This document shows positions 60,255 to 64,000 of a DNA stretch of 64,000 bases, in pieces. Origin of the DNA: Gnetum montanum (lineage: Eukaryota; Plantae; Gnetophyta); the NCBI GenBank assembly GCA_015680685.1, contig MNCI01000323.1, forward strand, positions 59,305-123,304. Reading direction: 5' to 3'. The position numbers and the translations under genes were made by a program. How positions within the stretch are numbered: the first letter of the stretch is position 1; the number at the start of each line of letters is the position of its first letter. The notes beneath the pieces were generated by a model. The model had not been told where the DNA came from. It ran no database searches and was given only the letters and a program-made list of their open reading frames with translations.

Positions 60255-62815
60255 GTTCCAACTCTTGCCCCATAAACGGCCTCAGCAACGTCTGGTTCTC
60301 AACATGCCCTAACACTTTCTAAATTAGAATAGAAATCTTCCTCATATCCCTCTACTGCCAAATGATCACCCAATAGGTCTGTACCACCTCTACAACTAAC
60401 TTCGCACCCCCCACCGTCTCCCCCTCAAGCATAAGCTATACCTTTTTCTTAACTTGGTCATGCCCTTTTGCCAAAGCAAAGAAAAAACACATGTTACAGT
60501 CCCCCTCTCTTAACCAGTTGATTCAAGCCCATTGACGCGAATAAATCTTCTCTTCTAATGCCAATTCTTGTAACTCCCCAAGCACTTCACATTCCTCATT
60601 AGCTAGATCAACCCCATTTTCTTACCTCATTTGTATCTCCCTTAGTCTAGCTTGTAGCTACATGTGGTATGCCCTTAAATCGTATTTGTCCTTAGACACT
60701 CTAGACCATATTTTTTTCTTTAGCGCAATCCTTATTTCAAGAATTCTCTAGGTTTCTAATCACGTGATTATCCCTACCACATGTCTTGGACCAGCGACCT
60801 CAAGCACGCCTTCCCCAACCACGTACGCTTGAAATGGAAAGGCCTGGGAACTAATCCCTTATGATTTCATATCTGATAAAGAATCAACCTATGGTCCAAT
60901 AATTGTCTTTCCCTTCCCACCACCTAAATGGTGAGCTCCAGTACCATCCTCATACTAACCCACACATGGTCAATCCATGACTGGACCCAATCTTTTCCCT
61001 TCCTCCTATTACTCCATGTAAATTGACAGCCCATAATTTCCATGTCCACTAAATCATGATCTCTCATAAATGCAATGCATTCCATTCCCGCTAGGGGATC
61101 CATGGTTTCCCCTTCTATTTTCTCCCATGGGTACAATCATTGATTAAAATCACTGATCACAATCCATCTTTGCTTATTGGAAACCACCTGTGCAACCTAT
61201 CACAATTCTTGCACTTGAATCTCCTAATTTTGAGCACCATAAACATTTGGCAATCAAACATTCTCTTAAATCACATGAACCTTCTGACTCCATTGGGTTC
61301 ATTGATCAGCGTGATCTAAAATTGAGAGAGAATAGCCAACCCTTCAGCTCGACCCTTGCACGAAACCATCTACAACTGCCAGCCCACCCACCTCAACAAA
61401 CTGGATTTGGACACTTGCAACTTCGTTTCCTGCAAGCAAACCACATCACATCCTTCACTTCAAATAATCATTTTTAGGTATTCCATTTGTAGGAAGTACC
61501 TTGTCCCTTGCAATTCGAAGATAGAACCTTCATGGGTGACCTAGTGAGCATCTATGGTAGACCTCTTTCACAATCCTCTATAATCCCAAATTGATGTCAA
61601 ATTGTGTTAGCTTCTTCCGGGTCATCAACTTCCTCGAACACCTAGCCTTCCCCCCTACAAGGGAAATTGAGGCCATGCCCATCAAATCTTTAGTCTATTC
61701 TTGTTGGGGTTCTATGATGTCTTGCATTCGGGGCCTTAGAAGAACCCCTAGCAACCATAATCCAACTTCCCCATGGTGGACACTCACCACTTGGAGAAAC
61801 TAGATCTACTTTAGTCCCAACTTTCATTGTACAAGGTGTCTACTTGGCCGACTCTTCCATTAACGACTCTTCCACCAATGCTCCCTCCTTTTGCACCTCT
61901 GAAGTCTTATGCACAGCATGCCCATTGGTAATCCTAAACCAACTAGCTTGTTCTTGCTACGCTGGTGGTTGTTTCCATTTTAACTTTGTCTTGGCTTGGG
62001 CCTTGCAATCAGTAGCCAAATGCCCTTTCTCCCTACAGACAAAAATCTCCTTATCGACTAGCATGGGACTAGGGTTTCCAATGTTCTCGTACTCTATGCA
62101 GATCATCTCCATGCTAGAGGAAAGATCCAAAATAGCTTCGTTCACCAAATCCTTTGACAACAATAGTCGCCAAACATAGAAACACACAATCCATTTGCTC
62201 CATGGAGCAAGTGAAATGGTCAAGCATGATAAAATTTCCAAGAAATCTAGCAAGGGTTTCCAAGAAGTCTGTGGTCCATCATTCCCATGGAATGCTTAAG
62301 GCCCAAATCCACATAGGCACCCTACTAAACAAATCCTTCTCTCTGTGGGCACCTAACCTCCATTGTGTCAAGGCAAGCCCACACACCCCATAGAGCTACA
62401 AACCTCCAACTAAAACAGCTCTTCCAATAGACAACAAACCCCAATATCGACTAGTCCCCATGTAGTCTATGCCCACTGCTTTATCAAGTCCAAACAAGGC
62501 TACACTCTGCTAGAGACAAACCTCCCAATGAGACTCAACTCCATCGTTTTCACTTTGTCCACTAGGGTCCCACACACGTTCAGCCTCATACTCCCCTCCT
62601 ACCTGCTACAGGCATCGACTCCTCCTACTCCTAATTTCTAGCCCCCTAAAGATGCTAACACTTGGTCATCCCCACCTCCAAAATGAGCTTCCCGCATTTC
62701 CCATCCCCACTAGCCCAATTCTGCTTGCAACACCACCACTCTTTACACCCCCGCCCGCTGCAATCTCTACCCCAACACCAGCACCCACTCCTACTCCCAT
62801 GCCCTCTCTAGCCAT
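60255..62815 (-). mobile_element. L1-type LINE, 5' part: ORF1 and ORF2 endonuclease; RT absent
   Basis: ORF1 with VPMWIWALSIPWE and knuckle-like FVCREKGHLATDC; APE motifs WIVISDFNQ and GCQFTWSNRR...QSWIDHVWVS; INWLREGDCNMCFF; breaks after ENQTLLRPFMGQELE. Confidence 0.85.
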
Positions 62816-62829
62816 TTCAAAATCATCAT

Positions 62830-64000
62830 TCTAGAAGTTTGCTAATGTTTTGGAATGTCTTTCATTTGTTCGTCCTAATCACTGATGTTAGGCTCTATTT
62901 CTACTTGTCAATTCACTATTACTTGCAAAGCCTCATACTAACTAATATTGTCTTCTACTAGTAATTCAATGGTGTTATTAAACATCACCTTTGATGGCTT
63001 TACATCTCAAATTTCTTCTTTTTCAATTTTGATAATTCAAAGTTTAATGACACTTCCTAAGTTGTATCAACTACACCAACATGTAATTGTAAATTTATTC
63101 TTTCTAACGAGTAAACCTCTAATGTACTCAGCCAACAAAATTACAATTCCTAGTAATTACAATACTTGCAATGCCTCAAGTCTCTTCATACATCAACATT
63201 GTTGTTTTACATCAATTTGATGATTTTTTGTGTCTTTGGGTATCGCTCTCTCAACTTTCACAATTGCATTGGATGATACTTGTCATGTCTCAAGTTGTAT
63301 TAACTACAACAACATGCACTTGTTAACTTGTTCATTTTAATAATTGAATATATGATGCATTCCACCCACCTTGATTCTCATTTCTCATACCACATTACAC
63401 ACCAATAACAATTTGTTGTTCCACTAAGCTATTTTAGTGGCAAGTTGAAATGGATTGTGAATAACTCAATAATAGCAAGTAATCTTAGTTGCAATTTCTC
63501 ATAATAACTATTGAGATTTACTATAATGTTCCATTGTATGGATTTTATTCTCCTCAAATTACTAATGTTTCATTTTCTATAATTAAATGATAAATGTTAT
63601 TTCTTTAGTTGTATCAAAAACACCAACATGTACTTGGATATTGTTTGCTCTCATGAACTAAAATTCAAATGCACTTCATCTCCCTAATCGCAACTCATAA
63701 TCATTCTGCTTATAATGCCCCATGTTCCTTCATAAGTCAATATTGTTGTTTTGAATCAATTTAATAAATTTCTATCCTTGGCTATTGATCTTTCCATTTA
63801 TATGGTTGAGAGGAAAACCTGACTTCATCGATTTGATTGCATTCTTAATCCTTATTGTTAAACAACAATCATACTTGTCAATTTCCTTGCTAGCGATTCT
63901 AGTTTTAAATGTTCATGCAAAATATTGCGATTTACTTGTAGTGCTTTAAAATTATTTTTTGATATCACATTACATGAATTTTCTTCTACTTAAATTTCTA
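62830..64000. repeat. Degenerate ~250-300-bp tandem-like repeat block
   Basis: Three recognisable copies of the unit also found at ~55480. Confidence 0.6.

Noticed and set aside
60200-60300. In-frame LINE endonuclease-viral pol fusion protein
   Set aside because: The LINE frame stops a few codons after the junction and the viral frame there is offset; only the juxtaposition is supported.
62830-64000. Possible NLR-type LRR repeats
   Set aside because: Translations show no LxxLxL periodicity; treated as a non-coding repeat.

Overview
AT-rich, repeat-dominated plant nuclear DNA with several assembly N-gaps, probably from a gymnosperm. That is an inference from the Tat element with an archaeal-type RNase H between protease and RT, the very long TE-filled intron and the caulimovirid content. 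The only convincing host gene is two exons of chloroplast cytochrome c6A (31948-32243, +). The rest is a nest of decayed retroelements: a Tat-like Ty3 element, three copies of a non-autonomous Athila-like element (gag-protease only, tRNA-Asp PBS, two with perfect 5-bp TSDs), a SIRE-like Copia, a LINE, and two copies of an LTR-like repeat that each sit beside a different mosaic of captured host-gene pieces (SCCPDH; a full processed RPC17; LRR; TM9SF-like). The most striking structure is a ~10.1-kb palindrome (44820-54903) made of two divergently oriented copies of an endogenous caulimovirid. Both arms end at the same nucleotide just after the viral poly(A) signal, around a ~465-bp single-copy loop, which is what an integrated fold-back reverse-transcription intermediate should look like. 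A third, distinct caulimovirid (56747-60254) lies inside a LINE in place of its RT. Both viruses share an unannotated post-RNase H ORF. All calls come from reading and hand-translating the sequence; no searches were run.
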